Below are positions 1-14,243 of a stretch of DNA of 64,000 bases, in pieces. The notes beneath the pieces are model-generated. The model was given only the letters and a program-made list of their open reading frames with translations, had not been told where the DNA came from and searched no databases. The first letter of the stretch is position 1. Each line of letters opens with the position of its first letter. This DNA is from Dehalococcoidia bacterium (GTDB lineage: Bacteria; Chloroflexota; Dehalococcoidia; Bin125): NCBI GenBank assembly GCA_963663895.2, contig CAXXRD010000001.1:800001-864000 (forward strand), given 5' to 3'. The position numbers were made by a program, and so were the translations under genes.

Positions 1-571
1 CTACCGCCAGTCCGTGCCGCTTGGCGATCGCGCGGACGCCGTCCTTGTGCAGCTCGCCGAGGGGGAAGCGCGTGCGCGCGCGCGCCTCGGCCGGCAGGGT
101 GTAGAGAACGTAGGACTGGTCCTTGCCGGCATCAAGGGCGCGGTGGAGTTCGACGCCGCCGGGTCCTTCGACGCGGCGGGCGTAGTGGCCGGTCGCGATA
201 TAGTCGGCGCCGAGGGCCATGGCCCGCTGGAAGAAGGCGTCGAACTTGATGTGCGTGTTGCATTCGAGGCACGGGTTGGGGGTGCGGCCGCGCGCGTAGG
301 AGCCGACGAAGTGGTCGACGACCTTGGTGCGGAAGGGTTTCTCTAAGTTGAGCACGTAGTGGGGAATATCGATCTGCTGGGCGATGCGGCGGGCGTCGTC
401 GATGTCCTCGACGCCGCAGCACTGGGTGCGGCCGCTGAAGCCGGCAGGGCGCGCCTCGGTCCAGAGACGCATGGTGATGCCGATAGTGTCGTAGCCCTGC
501 TCCTTGCAGAGCAAGGCGGCGACGGAGGAGTCCACGCCGCCGCTCATGGCGACGACGATCCGCTCGGGCAT
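1..571 (-). CDS. mnmA: tRNA 2-thiouridine(34) synthase MnmA (runs off the window edge)
   Basis: Manual translation from ATG at 571: MPERIVVAMSGGVDSSVAALLCKEQGYDTIGITMRLW; SGGVDS PP-loop, later RTPNPCLECN and IATGHYA motifs. Not in ORF track because there is no stop in the window. Confidence 0.93.
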   Translation of the reverse strand, partial: MPERIVVAMSGGVDSSVAALLCKEQGYDTIGITMRLWTEARPAGFSGRTQCCGVEDIDDARRIAQQIDIPHYVLNLEKPFRTKVVDHFVGSYARGRTPNPCLECNTHIKFDAFFQRAMALGADYIATGHYARRVEGPGGVELHRALDAGKDQSYVLYTLPAEARARTRFPLGELHKDGVRAIAKRHGLAV

Positions 572-639
572 TGCTATACTCCCGCCTGCTGTGCCGCGCT
601 GCGGTCGCGCGCGCGGCTGCCCGAGAGAGGACGGAGCGC

Positions 640-987
640 CTGCAAGGATCGCAGCTTGCTCGCCATATCGCCGACGCGCTGGCCGAGTTGCAGGCGGAGG
701 CGGTCGTGGTGCTGGATATCAGCCGGGTCGCCGGATTCACGGACTATTTCGTGATCGCGACGGCGAAGTCGCCGCGTCAATTCGAAGCGCTGGCGCACGT
801 GGTGGAGCGGGAGGTCCCCGCCGAGACGGGGGCGGCCAAACCGCGACGTGAGGGAAAGTCCGACTCCGGCTGGCAGCTGTTCGATTACGGGGACGTGGTC
901 GTGCATTTGCTCACTCCCGAGCAGCGCCACTACTACGGCCTAGAGCAGCTCTGGTCGGGCGGGACGCCGCTGCTGCGGATCGAATAG
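640..987 (+). CDS. rsfS: Ribosome silencing factor RsfS (Iojap)
   Basis: ORF 571..987 contains VVLDISRVAGFTDYFVIATA and SGWQLFDYGDVVVHLLTPEQRHYYGLEQLW; start uncertain, in-frame CTG at 640 follows GGAG. Confidence 0.9.
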   Translation: MQGSQLARHIADALAELQAEAVVVLDISRVAGFTDYFVIATAKSPRQFEALAHVVEREVPAETGAAKPRREGKSDSGWQLFDYGDVVVHLLTPEQRHYYGLEQLWSGGTPLLRIE

Positions 988-1013
988 GCGCGCTGCCGGC
1001 GCATGCGGCGCAA

Positions 1014-1469
1014 TCACTCGTAAATCCAACGATCGGTATCGCGATCCCAGGGAAGCAGCTCGTCTTCGGAGAAGAAGAGGGCGATCTCCCTCCGGCCCGA
1101 CTCGACCGAGTCGGAGCCGTGGACGAGGTTGCGGCCCACTTCGAGCGCGTAGTCGCCGCGGACGGTGCCGGGGCCCGCCTCGAGTGGATTGGTTGCGCCC
1201 ATGGCGCTGCGGATGGCGCCGACGGCGCCGGGCCCTTCGAAGGCGGCCACGACGACGGGACCGCTGGTCATGTATGCGAGCAGGCCGGGAAAGAAAGTCT
1301 TGTCGACGTGCTCCGCGTAGTGCCGGCGGCCGAGGGCGTCGCTCATGCGGATGAGCTTGAGGCCGATGAGCTTGAGGCCACGCTCCTCAAGGCGGCCAAG
1401 GATGCGGCCGCTGAGGCCGCGCTGCACACCGTCGGGCTTCACGAGAACAAGGCTACGTTCGATCGTCAT
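1014..1469 (-). CDS. ndk: Nucleoside-diphosphate kinase
   Basis: ERSLVLVKPDGVQRGL, GATNPLEAGPGTVRGD, catalytic NLVHGSDS. Confidence 0.97.
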   Translation of the reverse strand: MTIERSLVLVKPDGVQRGLSGRILGRLEERGLKLIGLKLIRMSDALGRRHYAEHVDKTFFPGLLAYMTSGPVVVAAFEGPGAVGAIRSAMGATNPLEAGPGTVRGDYALEVGRNLVHGSDSVESGRREIALFFSEDELLPWDRDTDRWIYE

Positions 1470-1474
1470 TTTCT

Positions 1475-2251
1475 CTACTTCCGCGAAGGTAGTGAGGCTG
1501 AGTGCCGACCCTCCGCCGCTGTTGGCAGGTCTTTGTTCTGCGACTCCGTTGGCGCCGCCGGCTGGGGTTGGGGACCGATGGCGGGCTCGCGCAGGTAGAT
1601 GGGCTCAAGGCGGCCGGGGGCGAAGTCGCCGCCCGCTTGGAGCCGGTTCCACCCTAGCTCGGCGAGGAGTCCTGCGCGACGCAGCGCGACGGCGGGGGTG
1701 GCAAGGATCCAGCCTTGCGCGACAAGCGCGCTACGATCGGCGTCGCTCAGCCGATCGAGGTCGCCCGTGAGCAGGCCGGGGGATGCCGCTGCGCAGGGCA
1801 GGGCGTCGAGGAGGGCGCTCCAGGCAGGGTAGAGATTGGGCGGGCTGAGCTCGGTCCATGCGCCGGCAGGGCCGCGGTAGCGAGCGAGGGCCCATTGGTC
1901 GCGTCCAGCAGCATGCACGGCGGCGATGTCGCCGGGACTCGCGGCATGAGCGTAGGCCTCGATCTCCAGGCGGCCGACGCCCAGGGCGGGAACCGTCAGG
2001 GCGAGAGCGAGGGCGGTCGCGGTGGCAATGCCGGCGCGGATGCCGCCATACGCGCCGGGGCCCAGATCGACGAAGACGGCGCTGAGCGCTTGGGGCTCGA
2101 CTTGGGCAAGGCGACAGGCCTGATCGATCATGGGGACGAGCGTGGCGGTGTGCCGGCGACCGGCAGGCCAGGTGAACTCGGCGACGATACGGCCCTCCAA
2201 ACTGAGGGCGACGCTGGCAGTGGGGCCGACGGTATCGATGGCAAGTTCCAC
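1475..2251 (-). CDS. tsaB: tRNA threonylcarbamoyladenosine biosynthesis protein TsaB
   Basis: LAIDT N-terminus, GPGAYGGIRAG (variant of GPGSFTGLR), LEPIYLR C-terminus; adjacent to tsaE. Confidence 0.88.
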   Translation of the reverse strand: MELAIDTVGPTASVALSLEGRIVAEFTWPAGRRHTATLVPMIDQACRLAQVEPQALSAVFVDLGPGAYGGIRAGIATATALALALTVPALGVGRLEIEAYAHAASPGDIAAVHAAGRDQWALARYRGPAGAWTELSPPNLYPAWSALLDALPCAAASPGLLTGDLDRLSDADRSALVAQGWILATPAVALRRAGLLAELGWNRLQAGGDFAPGRLEPIYLREPAIGPQPQPAAPTESQNKDLPTAAEGRHSASLPSRK

Positions 2252-2808
2252 TAGCGCCCACTCACCTTCGCGGCGCCCCGAGGCGAGCGCTCATCGGTCG
2301 TGAAGTCCTGAAGCCGCGCGGCGGCCGTGGGTCCACAGGCGGCGATGGTGATGACACGGTGCTCCGTGATCGCCTGCGGGCCAAGATCGGCCTCGAAACG
2401 CACCACGAGGTGGTCGGCCGGAGTATCCGCCGCCCAGCGCTCGGGCCACTCAACGACGAGGACTCCATCAGCAGCCTCCTCATCGAGCCAGAGGTCGGCC
2501 ACTTCGGCGGCGGCGAGCCGATAGAGGTCGGCGTGGAAGAGCGGCAAGCGGCCGTCGGGGTGCTCGGAGAGCAGCACGAAGCTGGAGCTGCGCACCGGCG
2601 TGGGCGTGCCGAGGCCGCAGCCGAGGCCCTGGGCGAAGACGGTTTTGCCAACGCCGAGCTCGCCGGAGAGCAAGACGACGTCGCCACGCTGCAGCAGACG
2701 GCCGAGGCGCTCGCCGAGAGCGGCGGTCTCCGCCGGCGAGCGGGTGGTGGCCGACCAAGGGGACGCCGAAGCCGCAGGGTCCGCAGTGCCTTCTTTGGAG
2801 GAACGCAT
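2251..2808 (-). CDS. tsaE: tRNA threonylcarbamoyladenosine biosynthesis ATPase TsaE
   Basis: LSGELGVGKT Walker A, FHADLYRL, VVEWPER. Confidence 0.93.
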   Translation of the reverse strand: MRSSKEGTADPAASASPWSATTRSPAETAALGERLGRLLQRGDVVLLSGELGVGKTVFAQGLGCGLGTPTPVRSSSFVLLSEHPDGRLPLFHADLYRLAAAEVADLWLDEEAADGVLVVEWPERWAADTPADHLVVRFEADLGPQAITEHRVITIAACGPTAAARLQDFTTDERSPRGAAKVSGR

Positions 2809-2918
2809 TCTTCCGCAAGTATATGAGGAGGAACGGCGAAGTACCGTCCTGCCGGCGATTGCGCAGCAGATGGACCCGTCGCCAGGGGCGTAGACTGACG
2901 CGGTCGAAGGAGGCGCCG

Positions 2919-3926
2919 ATGAGCGAGCCAGTGCGGGTGCTGTCGGCCTTGCCGTTGCCGGAGGCGACCCAGCAGGCGCTGCGGGCCGTCGATGCGCGGG
3001 TCCGCGTGCGGGTGCTGAGCCGGGAGGCGCGACGGCGCTTCCGGAGAGCGGCAGGGGGAGACGAGGCGGCGGCGGAGATCCGCGAGGCCCTGTCGGAGAG
3101 CGCGGTGCTGTTCGCGCTGGGATTCGATCATTCCTGGCTGCCGGAGAAGGGACCGCTGCGCTGGATCCAACTGGCGTCGGCGGGAGCAGATCACGCGATC
3201 AGCAGGCCACTGCCCGCCGGCGTGGTCCTGACCAATGCCGGCGATCTGTACGCGACGCCGGTGGCGGAGTGGGTGCTGGCGTTCTTGCTGATGCACGCCA
3301 AGCAGATGCCGTTTTTCTTGGCGCGGCAAGCGGAGGCCGTGTGGAGCCGCACGGATCGCCTGGGCACGCTCCGCGGAGCGACGGTGGCGATCGTAGGGAT
3401 GGGAGCGATCGGAGGAGAGACGGCGCGCCTCTGCCAGGCGTTCGGGGCGCGGGTGCTGGGGTCAACGCGCAGCGCGCGCGCCGGCGGGCGGACGCCGCCC
3501 CACTGCGATCAACTCTTTGGGCCCGACCATCTGCACGCGATGGTGGCACAAGGGGATTACGTGGTGCTGGCCGTGCCGCTGACCGAGACGACGCGCGGCT
3601 TCTTCGACGCGGAAGCGCTCGCGGCCATGAAGCCGGAAGGGGTGTTGGTGAACGTCGCGCGCGGAGCCGTGGTGGACCAGGCGGCATTGGTGGAGGCGCT
3701 GAGCGAGAAGCGGATCGCGGCGGCTTACACGGACGTCGTGGTGCCGGAGCCGCTGCCCGACGGGGATGATCTGTGGTCAACGCCGAATCTGCACATCACG
3801 CCGCACAACAGCGGCGTGTTCAACGACTGGGTGGCGGAGGCGGGAAAGGTGCTTGAGGCGAATCTGCGGCGGTTCGTGGCGGGGGAAGCGCTGGCGCACG
3901 TCGTGTACTTGGAGCGCGGTTACTAA
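2919..3926 (+). CDS. D-2-hydroxyacid dehydrogenase family protein
   Basis: GMGAIG Rossmann motif, VNVARG, EPLP...TPH catalytic motifs; ATG 2919 preceded by GGAGG. Confidence 0.9.
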   Translation: MSEPVRVLSALPLPEATQQALRAVDARVRVRVLSREARRRFRRAAGGDEAAAEIREALSESAVLFALGFDHSWLPEKGPLRWIQLASAGADHAISRPLPAGVVLTNAGDLYATPVAEWVLAFLLMHAKQMPFFLARQAEAVWSRTDRLGTLRGATVAIVGMGAIGGETARLCQAFGARVLGSTRSARAGGRTPPHCDQLFGPDHLHAMVAQGDYVVLAVPLTETTRGFFDAEALAAMKPEGVLVNVARGAVVDQAALVEALSEKRIAAAYTDVVVPEPLPDGDDLWSTPNLHITPHNSGVFNDWVAEAGKVLEANLRRFVAGEALAHVVYLERGY

Positions 3927-3929
3927 GTC

Positions 3930-3947
3930 CTCCCGCTGAAGCGGGAG
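3930..3947. terminator. Short GC-rich hairpin between convergent dehydrogenase and gyrA genes
   Basis: ctcccgct-ga-agcgggag inverted repeat just after the TAA at 3926; no strong U-tract. Confidence 0.4.
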
Positions 3948-4027
3948 CTGGGACGTCCTGCGCCGGCGAGCGGGGCCGTTGATTGATCCCCGTCCTTCGC
4001 GCGGCGCGGATGGAGCAGGGATGCGCG

Positions 4028-6478
<2,451 letters not shown>

Positions 6479-6588
6479 GCGCTTTGAGCGTAACACCCCC
6501 CCAGCGCGCGAGCGATCGCCCGCGTGACGGCAGGCTGCAGGGCGCGTGGCGGTCCGGACGCCGCCGCGGACGAAGGGCGGCGCGCGGG

Positions 6589-7620
6589 TTAGGCGCCGAC
6601 GAGCAGGCTTTCGTCTATGGGGGAGTTGCGCTCGATCACATCCAGGTATTCGAGCGCGAGGCTGGCACCTTGGGCGACACACTCGATGGGGTGGTCGGCA
6701 AGATGGCAGGGGATCCCCGTCTCTTCGGTGACGAGTCGGGGGAGGTTGCGGAGGAGAGAGCTGCCCCCCGTCATAACGATGCCGCGGTCGATGACATCGG
6801 CGGCGAGCTCGGGCGGGGTTTTCTCGAGCGCGGCTTTGATGGCGCCGAGAGCGACGGCAAGCGGCTCTTGCAAGGCGGTAGCGACCTCGTTCGAGGTGAC
6901 GGTCACGGTACGGGGCAGGCCGCTGAGCTGATCGCGCCCGCGCACTTGGGTGCGGAGCGTGTCGTCCACCGGGAGGGCGGAGCCGATGTTGATCTTGAGA
7001 TCTTCGGCGGTGCGCGTGCCGATGATGAGGTTGTGGCGGCGCTTCATGTAGGCGACGATCGCATCATCAAAGCGGTCGCCGGCGACGCGCACGGATTCCC
7101 AGGTCATCATGCCGTACATGGTGATGAGCGCCGCTTCCGTGCGACCGGCGCCGATGTCACAGACGAGGTTCCCGCGCGGGGTAGCGACGGGGAGGCCGGC
7201 GCCGATGGCGGCGGCGAGCGGCTCAGGGATGAGGTGCGCGGGACGGCGGGCACCGGCCTGCTCGGCGGCATCACGAACGGCCCGCTGCTCGACGGTATTC
7301 ACTCCAGCCGGAATACAGATCATGACTTCTGGCTTCACGAGAGCGAAACGACCCGTGACCTTGCCGATGAAATAGCGCAGCATCGCCTCCGTGACGACGT
7401 AGTCGGCGATCACGCCGTCGCGCAAGGGACGAATGACGCTGATGCTGTCCGGGCTACGGCCCAGCATGGCGCGGGCGGCCGTTCCGACGGCGACGACAGC
7501 GTTATCGCGGTGGGTGAGTGCCACGGTGGCGGGCTCGTTGAGCACTACGCCTTGGCCCCGCACGGCGGCGAGGATATTGGCGGTGCCGAGATCGATGCCG
7601 ATCTTTTTGCCGAGTACCAT
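6589..7620 (-). CDS. mreB: Rod shape-determining protein MreB/Mbl
   Basis: [47 protein letters not shown]. Confidence 0.93.
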   Translation of the reverse strand: MVLGKKIGIDLGTANILAAVRGQGVVLNEPATVALTHRDNAVVAVGTAARAMLGRSPDSISVIRPLRDGVIADYVVTEAMLRYFIGKVTGRFALVKPEVMICIPAGVNTVEQRAVRDAAEQAGARRPAHLIPEPLAAAIGAGLPVATPRGNLVCDIGAGRTEAALITMYGMMTWESVRVAGDRFDDAIVAYMKRRHNLIIGTRTAEDLKINIGSALPVDDTLRTQVRGRDQLSGLPRTVTVTSNEVATALQEPLAVALGAIKAALEKTPPELAADVIDRGIVMTGGSSLLRNLPRLVTEETGIPCHLADHPIECVAQGASLALEYLDVIERNSPIDESLLVGA

Positions 7621-7731
7621 GGTCCTCCTTGGCGCCTACGCAATCGCTGGCAGGGCCACTCGCTAGTGTATATCGATCGCGAGACGATTCGGACGGAAAC
7701 GCAGGCGACGCGGCGGCGGGCGCTGGAGCAG

Positions 7732-9012
7732 TCAGGCGCTGGATTCGCGAGGAGCGACACGCTCGATGGAGGCGCCGAGCGCGCGTAGCTTGCGGTCGAG
7801 GCACTCATAACCCCGATCGAGGTGGTACGCGTCCCGTAGCTCGGTGCGACCGCTCGCGGCGAGGGCGGCGACGACAAGCGCCGCGGCGGCGCGGATGTCG
7901 AGGCCGCGCACGGTGGAGCCGCGGAGCGGAGTCGGGCCCTGGACGATCGCCGTGCTGCCGGCGGTGTGGATGCGGGCGCCAAGCTTACGCAGCTCGCCGA
8001 CGTACTGGAGGCGGCTCTCGAAGACACGCTCGTGCACGACGCTGACGCCGTCGGCCTGAGTAAGGAGCGTGGTCATGAGGGCTTGCAGATCGGTAGGGAG
8101 GCCCGGGAAGGGGACTGCTTGGACGGTGCTGGCGTTGAGACGATCAGCGGCAGCCACGCGGACTGCGGTCTCGTCCTCGTGGACGTGGACGCCGATATCG
8201 GTGAGCTTGCTAAAGAGCGCATCAAGGTGCCGGGGCTGGGCCCCGTCGAGCGTCAGGTCGCCACCGGTCATGGCAGCGGCGATCGCGAAGGTGCCGGTCT
8301 CGATACGGTCGGGGATGAGGCGGTGGTCGGCGCCGGCGAGGGCGGGGACGCCGTCGATCTCAATCGTATGGGTACCGGCGCCGTGCACCTGTGCGCCCAT
8401 GGCGGTCAGCATGGAGGCAAGGCAGACGACTTCTGGTTCGGCGGCAGCGTTCACGATGGTGGTGTGGCCAGCGGCGAGGACGGCGGCGAGGAGCAGGTTC
8501 TCCGTGCCGAGCACGCTGGGGTAGTCAAGGACGACGCGGGCGCCGCGCAGCTGCGCCGCGGAGGCAACATGGCGGCCGCCGACTTCGCGGATATCGGCGC
8601 CGAGGGCAGCGAAGCCCCGGAGATGGACGTCCAGCGGCCGCTGGCCGATCCCGTCACCGCCGGGGGCGCTGCAGGCAGCACGGCCGAGGCGGGCGAGGAG
8701 CGGGCCCATGACAAGGAAAGAGGCGCGCTGATTGGCGACGAGACGATCGGGCGGCGCGTCGCCGAGCGGGCCGGGGGCCGCGAGATGGAGCGTGTTGGCA
8801 GCAGGGTCGACAGTGACATCGGCACCGAGGTGTTCGAGGATGGCGCCGAATAGACGGACGTCGTCGATCATGGGGACGTTGGTGATGCGACAGGGTGCAT
8901 CGGTGAGGAGGGCAGCGGCCATGCAGGGCATGGCGGCGTTCTTGCCCCCGCTGATCGGAACGGCGCCGTGCAAACGAGCGCCCCCGTCGATGAGGTAGGA
9001 GACTTGGGTCAA
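7732..9012 (-). CDS. murA: UDP-N-acetylglucosamine 1-carboxyvinyltransferase MurA (Asp in place of the active-site Cys)
   Basis: SGGKNAAMP, RASFLVMGPLLAR, PGGDGIGQRPLDVH, PDRIETGT, DRGYE; TTG start at 9012 after GGAGG. Confidence 0.94.
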   Translation of the reverse strand: MTQVSYLIDGGARLHGAVPISGGKNAAMPCMAAALLTDAPCRITNVPMIDDVRLFGAILEHLGADVTVDPAANTLHLAAPGPLGDAPPDRLVANQRASFLVMGPLLARLGRAACSAPGGDGIGQRPLDVHLRGFAALGADIREVGGRHVASAAQLRGARVVLDYPSVLGTENLLLAAVLAAGHTTIVNAAAEPEVVCLASMLTAMGAQVHGAGTHTIEIDGVPALAGADHRLIPDRIETGTFAIAAAMTGGDLTLDGAQPRHLDALFSKLTDIGVHVHEDETAVRVAAADRLNASTVQAVPFPGLPTDLQALMTTLLTQADGVSVVHERVFESRLQYVGELRKLGARIHTAGSTAIVQGPTPLRGSTVRGLDIRAAAALVVAALAASGRTELRDAYHLDRGYECLDRKLRALGASIERVAPRESSA

Positions 9013-9125
9013 CTGAGGCCTCCGACGCCTAACACATCCCCAACTTGCGCCGAACAGGACCACTCCACTGTACGCCTGTACGCGGGCGCGGTGACACGCG
9101 TTCACCGCGCGGCGCCGGCAGCGCG

Positions 9126-9575
9126 TTAACGGCTGGGGGAATCGCCGCTGCGCTGCGAGGCACGCCGTCGCGCACGGCGCTCACCGACGCGGATACGCAT
9201 CAGGGAGCGCTGCATGGCGGCCTGGGCCCGCGCGCGGTTGACGTCCACCTCACTCCGCAGGCGGTCGGCAGCGCGGGCCCGCGCCGCCTCGGCGCGCTCG
9301 AGATCGATTTCATCCCCGCGCTCGGCGGTGTCGGCGAGCACAGTGACGGTGTCTTCGTGGACTTCGAGGAAGCCCCCACTGACGAAGAATGGCTCGTCGT
9401 CGTTGCCTTCCCTTTGGACGCGAAGCTCGCCGGGCTGGAGGACGGTGACGAGCGGGGCGTGGTTAGGGAGGATGCCGAGCTCGCCGATGACGCCGGGCGC
9501 AATGACCGCGTCGATGCCGGTCTCTTCGAAGAGGACCCGCTCACCGGTGATGATTTCGAGACTGAGTTTCGCCAT
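9126..9575 (-). CDS. atpC: F1Fo ATP synthase epsilon subunit
   Basis: GELGILPNHAPL, VSGGFLEV, IDLERAEAA. Confidence 0.96.
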   Translation of the reverse strand: MAKLSLEIITGERVLFEETGIDAVIAPGVIGELGILPNHAPLVTVLQPGELRVQREGNDDEPFFVSGGFLEVHEDTVTVLADTAERGDEIDLERAEAARARAADRLRSEVDVNRARAQAAMQRSLMRIRVGERRARRRASQRSGDSPSR

Positions 9576-9630
9576 CTTTTCTCGTTAGCGGTTGGGGGCG
9601 CGCTGCTTGCGGGCGGACCCCCAGAACTTA

Positions 9631-11068
<1,438 letters not shown>

Positions 11069-11091
11069 TGCTCTCTCCTCTCGTCGCGGGG

Positions 11092-11780
11092 CTAGCTCGC
11101 GACCCGTGCGGCGTTGACGGAGGCGTCGTTTCGCAGCAACTCCGTCAGATCGAACTCCTGGAGGGATTCCAACACGCGATCGGCACTCCCGAGCGCCGCG
11201 CGGGGAGATGTATTCGCTGCGGACGGCAAGCACGCGCATGCCGGCGCGGCGCGCGGACTCAATGCCGGCCGGCGCATCCTCGATGGCTACGCAGTCTTGG
11301 GGGGCGCGGCCGAGACGCGCGGCGGCGGTGCGGTAGATCTCCGGGTCCGGTTTGCCGTTGTGCACTTCGTCCCCGGTGACGATCGCCCTGGAAATAGTCG
11401 CCGAAGCGCAACGTGGCGAGCGCGATCTGGACCCACTCCCTGCGAGAGGATGAAGCCAGCGCGCACGGAAGACCGGCGGCGCGGACCTGGTCCAGAGCGG
11501 CCCGGGCGCCGGGCAGAGGCCGGGCGGCGGTGCGGTAGAGCTCGGCCAGCGTCGCGTCGTAGCGGGCGCTGTAGGTCTCGAAATCGGTGCGGAGATCGAA
11601 GCGGGCGCGGAGGTCTTCCCAGATATCGCGGCCCGTTCTGCCCACGTAGCCCGCGTAGGTCGCCACATCGAGCTGGATGCCCTGCTCCGCGAGGATCGCG
11701 CGGGCCGCCCCATAGTGGAGGCGCTCACCATCGACGAGTACGCCGTCCATATCGAAAATGATCGCGGTTGCGGTCGTCAT
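11092..11780 (-). CDS. HAD-superfamily phosphatase (beta-PGM/CbbY-like), apparent frameshifts near 11390 and 11210
   Basis: [10 protein letters not shown] motif I, LASSS motif [10 protein letters not shown] and AIEDAPAGI in the next frame; ATG overlaps the atpG TGA. Confidence 0.88.
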
Positions 11781-12663
11781 CCGGCCAAGGCCTCGACGCC
11801 GCCTGCGATATCGAGCAGCTCGGCGGTGATCTGATTCTGGCGCGCCTTGTTGTAGTCGAGCGTGAGATCTTCAACCATCTCGTTGGCGGCGTCGGTCGCG
11901 TTCTTCATCGCGACCATGCGGGCGGACTGCTCGCTCGCGGCAGCCTCCAGGATGGCTTGATAGAGCTTGCGTCTCGACGTAGCGGGGGAGGAGCTCCTCC
12001 AGCAACGCTTGCGGGGACGGCTCGAAGATGTACGGCATTTCCTGCGCGGGACCATCCGTCTCGGGCGGTTGGACCGGGAGGATCTGCACGGTGGTGGGTT
12101 TCTGGTTGGCGGTACTGACGAACTGGGCGTAGACGAGCAGCACTTGGTCGACGGCGCCGGCGATGTAGTCGTCGATTGCGACGCGGGAGATGGGGCGAAT
12201 CTGGGGCAAGGGAGGGGTAGTCGCCGAGCTGGGTGAACTCGGCGCGAAAAGGAATGTCGAAGCGGGCGTAGTAATCGCGGCCTTTGCGGCCGACGGGGAT
12301 CATGGAGACCTCGCCCGTGCGGTCGGGACTGAGGACGATCTCTCCGGCGTGACGCTCAAGGTTGGCGATGAGGCCGCCGGCGAGGCCGCGGTCCGGCGTG
12401 ACGAGGAGCACGGTCGCTTCACGGATCTCGCGCTGCTGGAGGAGGGGATGCGCAGCGCCGCCATCTTCCGCGTCCTCGCCGCTGTGGGCCGTGGCGAGGT
12501 TGCGCAACACGGCGCGCATGTGTTCGGCGTACGGCCGGGCGGCGAGGGCTCGCTCCTGCGCGCGGCGCATCTTGGAGGCGGCGACGAGCTGGAGCGCATT
12601 GGTGATCTTGGCCGTGTTTTCGACCGAGCGAATGCGGCGGCGGATCTCGCGGAGGGTTGCCAT
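11777..12663 (-). CDS. atpG: F1Fo ATP synthase gamma subunit (apparent frameshifts near 12205 and 11968)
   Basis: [61 protein letters not shown]. Confidence 0.93.
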
Positions 12664-12700
12664 GCAGTCGTGTCCGCTCCTCTATGTCACGGCGCTGCGC

Positions 12701-14234
12701 CTAGAAAGGCACCGTGGCTTTGAAGTCTCCGAGCGCTTTGGTGAGTTGTGCCTCGGTGTCCTCGTTCAGATCGCCGGTCGCATCAATGGCGTCGGCGATC
12801 TGGGGGTGGCTGCTGTTGAGGAAGTCGACGAGGGCTTTTTCGAAGGCGCCGACCTTGTTGACCGCGACATCGTCCAGGAAAGCCGTGCCCGGCGGCCCAG
12901 ATCGCGGCGACCTGGTGACCAAGGCGCAGGGGCTCGTTCTCGGGTTGAACGAGGAGGGCGTTGAGCCGCAGGCCCCGCTCCAGCTGACGGCGGGTAGCGG
13001 GGTCGAGGTCGGCGGTCCCAAACTGGGCGAACGCCTGGAGATCGCGGAATTGCGCCATATCGAGGCGGAGCTGGCCAGCGACCGCCCGCATCGCCTTGCG
13101 CTGGGCGGCACCCCCGACGCGGCTGACCGAGATGCCGGCGTTCACGGCGGGGCGCTGGCCGGCATTGAAGAGGTCCGCCTCCAGGAAGATCTGGCCGTCG
13201 GTGATGGAGATGACGTTCGTGGGAATGTAGGCGGAGACGTCGCCCGCCTGGGTTTCGATGATCGGCAGAGCGGTCATTGACCCGCCGCCGTTGGCGGCGT
13301 TGAGCTTGGCGGAGCGCTCCAACAGACGGGAGTGCAGGTAGAAAACGTCGCCCGGGAAGGCTTCGCGACCGGGAGGACGGCGCAGCAGCAACGAGACTTG
13401 ACGGTAGGCCCAGGCATGCTTGCTGAGGTCGTCATAGACGATGAGGGTGTCCTTGGCCTTGCTCCATGAAGTGCTCGGCGATGGCGCAACCGGCGTAGGG
13501 CGCGATGTATTGCTGGGCGGCGGCCTCGGAGGAACTGGCGGCGACGACGACCGTGTGATCGAGCGCGCCGTGCTCCTCTAAAACGCCGACGACCTGCGCG
13601 ACTTTGGCCTGTTTTTGGCCGATGGCGACGTAGACGCAGAGTAGGGTCGCCCCCTTTTTGGTTAATGATGGTGTCGATTGCGATGGCGGACTTGCCGGTC
13701 TGGCGGTCGCCGATGATGAGTTCGCGCTGGCCGCGACCGATGGGGATCATGGCATCGATCGCTTTGATGCCCGTTTGCACGGGGGTGTCGACGCTCTGGC
13801 GCGTGACGACGTTGGGGGCGATGCGCTCGACGGGACGGCGGGCGGCCGCCTGGATAGGGCCTTTGCCGTCGATCGGATCGCCCAGGGCGTTGACAACGCG
13901 ACCGATGAGCGCGTCGCCAACGGGGACGTCGGCAACGCGGCCAGTGGTCCGGACCTCGTCGCCTTCCTCGATCTGCTCGTAGGCACCGAGGATGACGGCG
14001 CCGACGATCTCCTCTTCCAAGTTCAAGGCCATGCCCATGATCGGATTGCCTTGCGCGTCGGTGTGGGGAAACTCCAGCAGCTCCCCAGCCAAAGCGCCGG
14101 AGAGGCCGTGGATGCGGGCGATCCCATCCGCGGCTTCGACAACCGTGCCCACGTCTGCCGCGACGACGCCCGTCTCGAAGCCTTCGATCTGCTGGCGAAT
14201 GATGGAAGCGATTCTCTTCTGGGCGAACAGCCAT
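12701..14234 (-). CDS. atpA: F1Fo ATP synthase alpha subunit (several apparent frameshifts)
   Basis: [69 protein letters not shown] across frames. Confidence 0.93.
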
Positions 14235-14243
14235 AGTTCTCTC

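Noticed and set aside
1350-1379. 15-bp tandem direct repeat in ndk
   Set aside because: Encodes GLKLI-GLKLI, matching the normal Ndk sequence pattern; not an array or insertion.
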